Of a DNA stretch of 64,000 nucleotides, positions 39,449 through 52,020 are shown one piece after another; within the stretch, counting starts at the first letter, position 1, and every line of letters begins with the position of its first letter. This stretch comes from Azolla caroliniana (taxonomy: Eukaryota; Plantae; Polypodiophyta), in NCBI GenBank assembly GCA_043228905.1, contig JBHGNT010000013.1, positions 8,432,001 to 8,496,000 on the forward strand. Direction: 5' to 3'. The notes under the pieces are model-generated. The model worked only from the letters and a program-made list of their open reading frames with translations. It searched no databases and was not told the origin of the DNA. The position numbers and the translations under genes were made by a program.

Positions 39449-40635
39449 TGTTAGTCGGTCAGCTATAGGGTCGAAAGGTCGGAATCAGACAGGTGTGAAA
39501 GGATCGGAGTCGACAATGTTCGGAAGTACGAAGGAGTCGGAGTCAGATTGTTGCGGTGGATCAATGAGTCAACAGTTACAAATTTTCCCAAGTAGTAAAA
39601 ATATGTATTAGAATTAGTTAGACAGTTTTGTAATAGTTCTTGCCGAACAAGGGCAAATGTAATCTTGAAAAGAGACTCTCAGTTTTACTATAAAAGAGGG
39701 AACGAAAACATTATAAAGTTGTTGTTCTATTTTGTAAATTAATATAGTTAGTGGTTAGAGTATCTTTGTGTCGGCAGGTCTCTCTATTCATTATTATTCT
39801 AAGTGTCGACTTCTGAATTGCTTTGCTCACTAAGTAATTATATTAAAATCTAATAGTCGATCATAGTTACTCAGACAACAAGTCTTATTTATTGACTAGT
39901 ACGTCTATCCATCCTTCTACCACAGTCATCTTGATAGAACGTTCGGATCTGAACGCTTGACCTATTGTGTCCGCTATGTACTTAAATCGACTGTCGGTCG
40001 AACAACACAATAATTTTGGCACGCCCAGTTACATCCGCAATAGGTAGAGAACAAGGTAGAATGGATCTCGTCTAGTCCAGAAACACCTGTCAGCCGTAAA
40101 CATCCTTGCACACGAGCAAAGTCTTAACGTGTAGCAGAAGGTAGTGCTGACAATTTCGAACATAGCCATCAACATCAGCAACAAGTTGATCGGGAGTGGA
40201 GCAAAATTCCGGATCTAACAAATAATCATTCAAACGAGGAGAGGTTTGATGAAAATTCTTTTTACGACATTTAGGGAGACGACACTATGCCTTACTCTAA
40301 CTCGAAGTATTGAGATGGTGCTAATGTGGAAGCACATATAAGAGATTTTTTGACCACATGGGAGGTGAAACAAGTGGCACAACGATTGTCGGCAGCAACT
40401 GAGGGAAAATTAAAAGTTGTTAAGTTTGTCTTATCATTTGACGGTCCGTCGACAAATTGGTATGCCCAGAACGGGCCAAACGCGTTCGACTCGTTCAAAC
40501 AATTAGCTGCGAAATTCACACAATTGTTTCATCAAAAGATCCCATACAAGGATCTAATAGGTCAACTCTATCTGGCCTATCAAGAGTCACACGAAACGGT
40601 ATCACAATTTGTGATCCAATTTGAAATTTTACAAC
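39449..40635 (+). mobile_element. Gypsy (Tat/Ogre-like) 5' LTR, PBS and gag fragment
   Basis: TGTTAG start, LTR end ~40010, PBS tggcacgcccag (~40017; tRNA-Arg type). Retrotransposon gag FVLSFDGPSTNWY...FTQLF. Confidence 0.65.
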
Positions 40636-42228
40636 TAACACCGGGTCATTTAGAACAGGTAATATGTCGCATACCTTTATTGATAAATACATGAGATGTC
40701 AAGAATTACAATTTTATAACAAACTTTCAAGAATGTATCACACATGCGCACATGACTTTTAAAAACATTAATAAAAAACACAATTAATATTATCAAGATT
40801 TCAATTTTAACCTATATTTTTAAATATATACACATATTTAGCCAGACATTCGCTTGGATTACGAGAATGCTTTCAACTATCATTGTAATATGTTTCATTT
40901 TACATAATGTTGAATTTGAATTCAATTGAACAATTTTAGAAACACAAATTTAATGCTATATTTCTCTCTAACTCCCATAAAGCTTGTTATATTAAATGAG
41001 CAAATTGCATTTTTGAATATAATTAGACACATATTCACAAGTGAATATCACATTATATACCTCACATGCCCAAAAACTTCTACGAACATTATATCCAATC
41101 ATATACGAACAACCTAAATGTAAGATCAAGTGAGCAACAACATTGACTTAATATTATTCTGTACACTCAAAACTAAATAACCAAGATTAAAGAGCTCAGA
41201 AATCCTAGAATAAAGCTAAATTCAATTATATTAATAAAGAAACTATTATAACCAACATTTGTCATACAATAGATAAGTTCATCATCATCTATTCAATAAA
41301 AATTATACTTAACAACCACATACTTTGCGAGTCAACCAATACAAATATATGATGGATACTTAAAGTTGGCAAACCAATCAGATAATGTAAAGAAATGGTA
41401 CTCAAACAAAATAATCTTATATTCCAAAACAAGTTTAGTTTTACAATTTTATAGTTACAAATTCAAACTACTATACAATCACTCCATTAGGAGGTCTGGA
41501 ACAAGCTACTCTCCAAGATCAGCTGACAGTGGTGCTACATCAACATGTTCTGCCTCCTCAATTGAATCTTGTATATGATCAGAACCCAGTGCATCTTCAA
41601 GGTCGACAAGGTTGCCTCCTTTCTCGTTTATAGGTTCCATCGGCTCTCTAGAGGCCATCTGAAACATCCCTGTTTCGTTGATATGCTTTGCCCCAACCTC
41701 TTGGTCCTAGTCGGGACATTCCCAGATGCCTTGGATCCTCATCTTAATAAAATTGACTTGGTCGGGGTCCTTTTCTAATGCGACGCAGTTCCTAAACAAA
41801 TTAAGAGCACATGCAGTCATCGTTTGTAAATAAACAATCACACATACAAAAGTAAGAAAACCAAACAAGAAATAATATTTCATTTTAAAAAAAAATTGAT
41901 GAAACTTATGAGATCATCTGCCACTATTCGATCCGACGGAATTCACTCCTCCATTGCCATCATTCTACACTCAGTTGCCGTCATTGTTTGGTCCTAGATT
42001 GTCAAAACTATTCGATCAAACAGAGTTCACTCCTCCACTGCCGCCCCTGGATTACCGCCATTGTTCGGTCTTGGATTTGAATAACTATTCTGTCTATTAA
42101 TTATCTTGTGTATTGTTGTGTATAATCTTGTGTATTGCGGAATATTTTTGTGTATTGTTGTTGCCCATAACCATCTTTAATACGTGTCTTTTTTTCAGGA
42201 AAATTAGGGTTTAAACCCGTCAAGCCAA

Positions 42229-42925
42229 ATGGAAGAGGAAGGAGGGTGTTTAGAATTACCCCTCAATGATCATCAGGATAGGGATGACGCTATCAGGACA
42301 CAACAAGCAATACGAAAGTATTGGACAGAAAAAAAAAATTTGACAATTGTTGAAGGATACGAAAGCCACACTCACTAAAGGTAAAGATAGTATTGGTTGG
42401 GATATAGGTTTAAATATCAATGAGAATGGAAGTAATGAGACTACTATCATAGAGAGAAAGGTTGTAGACTATTTCAATGTTCAAACCAAGCACATCAGCA
42501 ATGAAGAAAAGAAGGTAGTACTCTATGGAATATTAAATGATCCATCGATAAAGGAGTTAGTTGATTGTGATGGTCTTAATGCAAACATAACATCTCTATT
42601 GGTAAATAATCTTCGTAATAGTTTCGTATCCATGAGCAGGTCAGAAGATAATCTTGTCTTAAACAGGTCTACTCTAATGATGTTACTTAATAGTGATGTT
42701 GACGATATTAACATCGGTGTGCTATCTAAGGTAATTGGTGTTAGTAGAAAAAGTGTGTACAATACATTGAATCGGATAGTTTCCTCGGGTGAAGGAACTA
42801 GTATGCTAAAGCTAACAACAAGATGTAAGCCAATGACACCCATAACAACAGAAATCAAGAATATAATCACAATATTTTGGACTAATGAGAGTAGGGTTTC
42901 ACCCAATAAGAAGGATTTATGTAGG
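42229..42925 (+). pseudogene. Degenerate exon of a putative DNA-transposon protein (Sola-like, tentative)
   Basis: HTH-like LSKVIGVSRKSVYNTL, then FWTNESRVSPNKKDLCRKR..HPIHLLDVPQ ending at the donor cag|gtattt. Frameshift in the A run at ~42335. Confidence 0.5.
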
Positions 42926-43445
42926 AAACGTGTTGGAAGGAGTCAATTCGAGGAGCATCCCATTCATCTTCTTGATGTACCTCAGGTATTTACATTTATC
43001 TCTACATTTGTTTTGACTTTTGAGCTTGGTTAGTTAGCTTATTAGCTACCTCTGAATATGACCATACCCGAATAGCTAATTACCTACCTCAGAATATGAC
43101 CATAACTAACTAGTTACCAATAATAGCTAATTAGCTCCCTAAGTATATCGAACATAGTTATTTAGCTACTAGAATAACTAATTAGCTACCATTCATAGCT
43201 ATTTAGCTACCACAACACCTAATTAGTTGCCTATAACAATAGCTAATTAGCTGCTTATGACTATAGCTAATTAGCTGCTTATGACTATAGCTAATTAGCT
43301 ACCCAAATTTCTAATCCCCTCCTGGAATAGCTACTGTACTAAACTATGGTAGTAGCTAATTAGCTACTGTATTAAACTATGGTAATAGCTAATTAGCTAC
43401 CATTTAGCTAATTAGATACTGTATTAAACTATGGTAGTAGCTAAT

Positions 43446-44230
43446 TGATAGGGTGTTTAAGACAAAGGGTAATCTTTCACTATATGAGGGCTTGACCAAA
43501 CCGGTTAGATCGAATTGTGACTCATAATATATTATATAGATCATGGTATCTACGAATTAGAGAGAGAGAGACTCAAGAAATTAAGAAAAAAGATTGAGAA
43601 GATGAGAAAGAGATAAGATTGTTATGATATTCCAATATCAAGACAATACAAAGGAGATAAACTCCACATTCAACTAAGAAACCAAGGACCTTCTTACTAC
43701 CAATCACTCAAACCCACAATTAAGACCCTTCCTCTTCCACTAAGACCCTTCTTCCTAATCGTCCTCCTCCTCTATTATGATCCCCTCCTTCCACTAAGAC
43801 CCTTCTTCCTCTTCTTCTGCCTAATCCCCCTCCTTTATTATAATTTTCTTCTTCCTCCTCGTTCACGCTATTTTTAGAAGCTTTTTATCTCCTATTTTAG
43901 CTAAGACCCAGCGACCTTCTAATCGTCATATCTCCCTCATCAAAGCTCCACATTTAGTGATTTAAAATGTTATAGATAGGTCTCTTTACAGCCTTTCTAA
44001 CCCATATTTAAACATAATATTTGGGTGAAAAACGAAGGAGTTATGACCATTCCTTTTTTAATATTTTTTATGGTCCCCTTTTTCTCTTTTTACTTTTCTC
44101 TTGGTCTCTTACTTTTACTTTTGACTTCTTCCTAAGGTCTTGGTTCGTATTCTTAGCCTCCAAATGTGAATTATCCATACTTTATATTATTCTAATGTAC
44201 AATGGCTTAGATTCTAAAAACACTTTCACA
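43446..44230. mobile_element. Solo LTR, 785 bp, TSD CTAAT
   Basis: TGATAGGGTGTTT...AAACACTTTCACA termini. CTAAT at 43441-43445 and 44231-44235, with satellite on both sides. Confidence 0.8.
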
Positions 44231-44381
44231 CTAATTAGCTACCACTTAGCTAATTAGCTACTCAACTAAAGTATGGTAGTAGCTAATTAGCTGCCACTTA
44301 GCTAATTAGCTACTCAGTTGAAGTATGCTAGTAGCTAATTAGCTATCGATTAGCTAATTAGCAACTCAGCTAAAGTATAGT

Positions 44382-47300
44382 TATTAGAGATCTTGGTACT
44401 AAAGTAAGCTTAAGATAAGGATAAACTAATGATAGATAGAAAGGAGAAAGAGAAAGAAGGGTGTCGATCCACCCGACCACCCCCGAGCGAAGGGATTGAG
44501 ACGGACTCGAGCCTCGATCGGCGTCCCATACCACCGCCGTGGCGTCGAGTCGTACCTAGTGCTGGCGTGCTCGCTACAAGAGTTGACCCACCACAAGAGC
44601 AGAGTCTCGATGTAGTCAAAAGATTCCCAAATGAGGGTAGCTAGGCCTCTTATTTATAGTGATACCCAAGGCCCCCAGGCAAGTTCACACTTGACCTCAT
44701 GGGTTGTCTCAATCCTGAGCTCTTTAAAACATTGCACTCTTGCAATGGAAAGTTAGGGAAGTTAGTTCTAAGAGTATTTTCGCGTTCCCATGTGGCATCT
44801 TTTATTGATTTATCAATCCATTTTATTTTAAATTCTCGGATTTCTTTAGTACGTAATTTTTTTGTTTTAACATCGAGAATTCTTTCTGGTACATGTGGTT
44901 TAGAAGATAATTCTTCAGAAGTACCCAGAGTTTCAGTTGTAACTTTATTGTTGCCAGAACCTAGAAGTTCTTTTAGACGACTCACATGAAAGACTGGATG
45001 AATTCTGACACCATCGGGAAGAGCGAGACGATAGGTTGATGACCCAATGCGTTTGAGGACTGTAAAAGGTCCACAAAACCGTGGGGCTAACTTAGCGCAC
45101 TTACCCGTAGACAATGTCTTAAATTGTGAGGTACACGCAAAAATACCTTCTGTCCAGGGGTGAATACACGAGGTTGCCTATGATGGTCGGCATAAAAACG
45201 CGCTCTATCTTGAGCTGTTTTTATATTATCTCATGCAATATGCAACACATCTTGCATATCCCGAAGAAAGTTTTGCATACTTTGCAACTCATCATGATGT
45301 ATATTAACATCAATCGGGGCTTGTGGCTGAAAACCATACATCAATATAAAAGGACTATATCTTGTCGACGTATGCTTGGAGTTGTTATATGCAAACTCCA
45401 AAATTGGGAGATAACGTTCCCATTTTGTTGGTTTTGCACCAACGTATGCTCGAAGCATGTCCTCAATAATTTGATTTACTCGTTCTATCTGTCCATCGGA
45501 TTGAGGATGATCCGTGGAGCTCATGCTCAACGTAGTTTCTAACTTCTTAAAGACTTGCATCCAGAAGTCACTAGTAAACTTTGGATCTCAATCACTCATG
45601 ATATCCAACGGCAATCCATAAAAACGAATTGGTAAGCCAATTCAGGAGTTGTTACCGTGGTTTTAGTAACAATAAATATGGCCATTTTAGTTAGTCAATC
45701 AACGACAACCCAGATGGCATCATGACCTTTTTGGGTGCGAGGAAGGCTAACAATAAAATCCATGGATATACTTTCCCACTTATTATTGGGAATGTCCAAG
45801 GGATGTAAAAGTCCCGCGGCTTTAAGTCGCTCGGCTTTGTTAACCTGACACTAGTGACATTTAGTCACATAGCTATGTATGTCAGGACACATCTTAGGCC
45901 AATAAAATTGAGTGGAGATGAGAACGAGTGTACGATGTATTACAGGGTGCCCTGTTGAGGGTGCATCATGGCATTCAAAAAGAATCCTCTTTTTGACCTC
46001 GGGTAAATCTGGAACACAAACCTTCCCATTACAGTAGAGCAAACCGTTAGCAATGTGGAAGTATTCCTTCGAGGATGTGGTGGTGTCTGTTCCAAACTCA
46101 ACTCTTGCCCAATATTTTGCAAAATAACTGTCATCAGGATACTTTCCTCGAAGGTGATCATAAAGATCTGATGTTATTTCAGTGAAGCTAAGCATGTTAA
46201 CTTCACGGATGCGATTTAGTGCATCAGAGACAGTGTTCATGGAACCTTTACGATATTGTATGGAAAAATCAAAGTCCTGGATGAGATCAGCCCATCATGC
46301 CTTACGACCTTTCAGGTCTTGTTGGTCACAAAAATATTTCAAGGACTCGTGGTCCGTAGTTACCACAAAGCGATTTCCATAAAGATAATGGCGCCATGTT
46401 TTGAGCGCATGTATAACTACAAATAATTCCTTTTCTTGAACAGTATACTAACATTGAGCAAAATCAAGTTTCTTACTCTCGAATGCTATTGGTTTACCAT
46501 CTTGATGTAAGACAGCACCTATAGCATAATCGTTTGCATCGGTTTCAACCTCAAAAGGTTTTGAAGGATCAAGTAAAAGAAGTGAAGGAGCCTTGCAAAC
46601 CAGGTCCTTGAGTTCCTTAAAGATGTGGTCTACTGTAGCATTCCACACAATAGGTTTTGTAGACTTATGCGTTTGACCTTTTAAAAGATCAATAAACGGC
46701 GTCGTCAATTGGGAGTAATTACGAAGAGACTTTCGCAAAAACCTGACAAAACCAAGGAATGATCGAACTTCTCGAATATTCCGAAGAGTGGGCCAAAGCT
46801 TGATTTTCTCCATGCAAGAAGGATCAATTTCAACTCCTCGTTCGGTTATGAGATGTCCAAGATAAGTAATTGATTTCTTGAAGAACTCACATTTTGAGAT
46901 CTTCGCATAAAACTGTTTGTCACGCAATGTTTGTAAAACAAAGCGGACATGTCTAGCATGTTCTTGTAATGTACGGCTATAAACTAAAATATCATCCAAG
47001 AAAATAACGACAAATTTTCTAAGTTGTTCTCGGAAAATGTCATTCATTTCTTGTTGAAAAGTAGCCGGAGCATTGGTCAAACCAAAAGGCATAACCAAAA
47101 ACTTGTAATGGCCATAGCGCATACGAAATGCCATTTTAGGAACATCGTCCTCACTTATTCGTATTTGATGGTAGCCAGTACGGAGATCAAGTTTCGCAAA
47201 ATACCGAGCTCCTTGGAGACGGTCAATTAGATCGTCAGCTCGGGGCAATGGGTACGAATTCTTGATCGTCACTTTATTCGAGCGTCGGTAATTAATACAC

Positions 47301-50300
47301 ATACGCCATGTGCCCTCTTTCTTTTTTACCAAGAGAACTGGTGCACCCCATGGAGATTTACTATAATGTATATAACCCATTCGTAAATAGTCCTTGAGTT
47401 GCTTAGATACCTCATCCTCTTCGGATCGACTTAAGCGATAAGGAGTTATACTTATTGGTGCAACACCAGGTACAATATCTATACGATGGTCTATATTACA
47501 TTTAGGAGGTAAGCCATCTGGTAGTTCACTTGGAAAAACATCACGAAAATCATTTAAAATATGTTAATTGAACCAAGACATTATCGATATTATAAACGTG
47601 AATGTCCGGATCAAGTACACAATAAAATAGAGTAGAACAAGACAACTCGGATATTGATGGACATGAGGAAACAATCGAGAGGGATTGTTTTTTTACACAT
47701 TGAATAAAATGAGTACAGTTGTTCAGTAAAAATGTAATTGAATGATGAACCCAATCAATAGATAAAGAAGAGCTTTTATTATAGAACCAGGGATAACCCA
47801 GTATTACATCGGTGGTACAGAAATTCATTACATGGAAGTCTACTTCCTCTATATAAGTATCAATAGAAATTCCTAATGAATGAATCGCCCCGTTGATGTA
47901 TTGTACTCTTCCATCAGCCAAGTGCACCGTGTACGTGTGATCACTTACGGTGGGTTGGATTCCCCATATCTGAACCAAACGATCATTCACAAAATTGTGT
48001 GAGCTTCCCGAATCAAATAAAAATTGTATGGGAGATCCATTGATATACCCGTTTGCACGTAGTAAATCATTGGGACCCAATACATAGTGAGGGAAAGAAC
48101 ATTGACAATTACTTAAATGATGTGTATAGACCTGAAGGATATTAGGAATCTGACCTTTATGGTCTGCAGCTTTAGCTTTGTTGTCGTGCTCTTTCCATTG
48201 GAGCTTTTGACATTGATCTTTTGTATGACCCTTCTTTTTGCAGAATACGCAAAAAGGATGTTGTCGCTTACAATCGTGATCCAGGAATTCATTGGGTGTC
48301 TTGCGTTTCCTAACAAATTGCGACTGCTTAGTCCCGGGCGCTTCGTTGGGTTTGTTGTGGTCCTTCGAAGTGCGTTGATAGCGAAGAACTATTTCAACGG
48401 CCTCTTCGAAGGATTTTGGATCCTTATCGTGCACTATCTAGTGATAGTCCGAATTGGGGATGCCATTGACAAAACAAGCTATCAACCAATTGTCCCCTTC
48501 TAGACCCGATTTTTGGATTTGGGTTCTATAATGGTGAACATAGTCTTCTAGAGAGGAAAATTTCCTGCTAGAGAGGTTCATTAAAGCTTGTGCTGCCTCG
48601 GTTCGAGAGGGAGGTTGCAGAAATTGGCCCTTAAAAACCGTGACAAAATCTGTCCAGGTATCGGGCAATTTCCCCATAGTACGGAGGCCACGCCACCAGG
48701 CGGCGGCCTTACCCCCGAGTTCTCGGTCGACATATGCAATCTTCGTACTATCTGGCGTGGGATAGAGCTCAAAATGAGACTCCCATCGGCCCAGCCACGT
48801 GCAGATTGCTTCTTCGATTCTTTCCTTTTTGTCTCCCGTAAATGGCTTAACGACAAACGATGGTTCACCCTGTCACTCATTAGGTCTATTAGTCTCACGT
48901 TGTAGACTAATGACACGTGCCTCGAGAGCACTTTGAGATTGCCGAAGTTCGGTCATCTGTTGAGCGGCGAAACTAAGGTATTGGGTTATTTGTGCCAAAT
49001 ACATCTCAGTGGACATTTGTCCAGGAGGATTCCCTTGAGTTCCTTCCGCTTGAGCGGATGACATCGGGTCGTTAATTTGAGCCATTAAAGATTATTTCTG
49101 GAAAAGAAATAGGATAAGGTCAGAGAGATAGTCATAACATCATGTCGTGATGTAAACATATCATGGGCAAACATTAATCGATATCATGATCTCACGTCAA
49201 TACCCCTCTAGACGTAGGAGATGAGGTTCAAGATCAAGTTACTATGGTGACACAAAGGTGTTTTAAAAACCATGGGGGTGACAAATAAATGTCTTTCCCT
49301 GATCTCTATATCGATTTTTTCATGGTGGCTCCCCAAGGCTCAACCATGTATGTTCGCGTCATGAATAGTTTATACACGAAAAAAATGTTAACAATAAACT
49401 ATGTTTCGGTGCCCACATATGTGGTTTCGGCTCTTTAAGTCCTATTATGAGTACCCCTAGGTGCACTTAGACCTTAAGTCTAAACATGTGTTATAGTCAT
49501 ATGTATCAAGGATGTTGTATGGTCTTGGTCATAAGAGATATGCGAGGCATTTGATCATATATGTTTTTTTTAAAAGAACATATATGTCAAGGGTCCTTAT
49601 TTCGTCCTCATTTACCAAAACTATGTTGGTACGTTACCTAACCTCAAGTCTCGTAATTACGATGGCATATGCCAAAGTGGAACCTAATGGTCAAGCCAAA
49701 TGAGCCCTCGTTTCGTAGTAGGCCCACGTGGCCCATCACATGGTCACGTCATTACGAATGCCTCTCGTAAGAACGAGCTCATGGTGGCATCGTATCCATG
49801 TAACGAGGGAGGGATGTTGGATACGTGTGTCATTGGAGCGACCTCACTTGAAGTGGGTCAAGCCCTACGTACTCAACATCATTATGGCTATAGGCGTTTC
49901 TTTACATAACGAAATCGAGGTCATCAACGGGGTTGTGAACAATAAAAAATTGTTGAAAAAGGGATGGTGACAACGCCATTCTCACAAAAATGTGAGGACG
50001 GCCACCGACATCCTTTTCCCGACAAGGACAACTTTCGATATAATCACGTAATAACGAATATACACATATGTTTACTTATCACATATATACGATCAAACAC
50101 GTATATACGTAACCACATATGCCTATATTAAACATATCATTATATTAAATAGCCACAAGTGATGTGATCGAGATATGTAATCGAGGTATATACCTCTACG
50201 CACATGAAACATCCACAAATAAGAGATCATCGTAATACGCAATTGAGGTATTGACCTCTTACGCATACAAGACCAAACACATATCCTTTACAATAAATCA

Positions 50301-51138
50301 AGGTATTAAACTCATACGCAAACAAAACATATGTTCGTGAACGTAATATGTAATTGAGGTATTAACCTCGTACGCATACGACACTCATCACATATTATTT
50401 ATATGTCAAACGAGGTATTGACCTCGTGCACATATGTAAACGTTTTAGATAATCAATTAAAGACCACTACAACATCATTGACTTAATGAAAAAAAATGAC
50501 ATATAAACTAAACACATGATTAAATGGGAGAAGAGAGAATAGAAGAAAAAATTATGGAAAGAGTTACCGAAGTTCTTTGTTGATCGTTGTCTGGATCAAG
50601 GCCGACCGCACATCAATCGATCACCATCAATCAAAAGACAAAAGACAAACAAAGAAACATTAGTACATAGCTTTGATACCAAATATTAGAGATCTTGGTA
50701 CTAAAGTAAGCTTAAGATAAGGATAAACTAATGATAGATAGAAAGGAGAAAGAGAAAGAAGGGTGCCGATCCACCCGACCACCCCCGAGCGAAGGGATCG
50801 AGACGGACTCGAGCCTCGATCGGCGTCCCATACCACAGCCGTGGCGTTGAGTCGTACCTGGTGCTGGCGCACTCGCTACAAGAGTTGACCCACCACAAGA
50901 GCAAAGTCTCGATGTAGTCAAAAGATTCCCAAATGAGGGTAGCTAGGCCTCTTATTTATAGCGATACCCAAGGCCCCCAAGCAAGTTCACACTTGACCTC
51001 ATGGGTTGTCTCAATCCTGAGGATTAAAAGTAATCCTCCCCTTCTTTACACTCTCGTTTAACCCTCACACTTATCCACGTGTATAGAATACTACGGTAAA
51101 TTCTCACCACGGGATATTATATGGTCATGCCCATAACA
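44382..51138 (-). mobile_element. Full-length degenerate Ty3/gypsy chromovirus, TSD ATAGT
   Basis: 5' LTR 51138-50684. PBS-iMet 50668-50681. gag from 49085, CVFCKKKGHTKDQC, FDSGS, FLDD, ETDA, integrase, chromodomain (~44720-44890). 3' LTR 44382-44719 lacks the PPT and U3 start. ATAGT at 44377-44381 and 51139-51143. Confidence 0.95.
50179..50435. repeat. Five ~28-bp palindromic repeats with divergent 27-35-bp spacers in the chromovirus leader
   Basis: GAGGTAT(T/A)NACCTC cores at 50183, 50245, 50300 (degenerate), 50356 and 50412. Confidence 0.8.
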
Positions 51139-52020
51139 ATAGTAGTAGCTAATAAGCCACTCTAACTAAAGTATAGTAGTAGCTAGTTAGCTACTCAGCT
51201 AAAGTATGGTACTAGCTAATTAGCTACTCAGCTAAAGTATGATACTAGCTAATTAGCTACTCAGCTAAAGTATGGTAGTAGCTAATTAGCTACTCAACTG
51301 AAGTATGGTAGTAGCTAATTAGCTACTAGTTAGCTAATTAGCTACTCAGCTAAAGTATGGTAGTAGCTAATTAGCTACTCAACTGAAGTATGGTAGTAGC
51401 TAATTAGTTACTAGTTAGCTAATTAGCTACTCAGCTAAAGTATGGTAGTAGCTAATTAGCTACCACTTAGCTAATTAGCTACTCAGTTGAAGTATGGTAG
51501 TAGCTAATTAGTTACTAGTTAGCTAATTAGCGACTCAGCTAAAGTATGGTAGTAGCTAATTAGCCACTATAACTAAAGTATGGTAGTAGCTAATTAGCCA
51601 CTATAACTAAAGTATGGTAGTAACTAATTAGCTACCACTTAGCTAATTAGCTACTCAGCTAAAGTATGGTAGTAGCTAATTAGCTACCACTTAGCTAATT
51701 AGCTACTCAACTGAAGTATGGTAGTAGCTAATTAGCTACTAGTTAGCTAATTAGTGACTCAACTAAAGTATGGTACTAGATAATTAGCCACTATAACTAA
51801 AGTATCGTAGTAGCTAATTATCTACCACTTAACTATTTAGCTATTGTACTAAACTATGGTAGTAGCTAAGTAGCTAAGTAGCTAAGTAGCTAATTAGCTA
51901 ACACTTAGCTAATTAGCTACTACCATAGTATATCGAACATAGCTATATAGCTACTAGAATAACTAATTAGCTACCATTCATAGCTATTTAGCTACCACAG
52001 TACCTAATTAGCTACCTATA

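Larger units (their letters stand above)
43030..52020. repeat. Palindromic TAGCTAATTAGCTA satellite in three blocks (43030-43445, 44231-44381, 51139-52020), interrupted by TEs
   Basis: ~33-bp unit ctcagctaaagtatggtagtagctaattagcta. A ~95-bp block at 43142-43236 recurs at 51927-52021. Confidence 0.9.

Noticed and set aside
50179-50435. True CRISPR array
   Set aside because: Eukaryotic retroelement context, no cas genes, degenerate repeats and mutually related spacers. Kept as a hairpin array finding instead.
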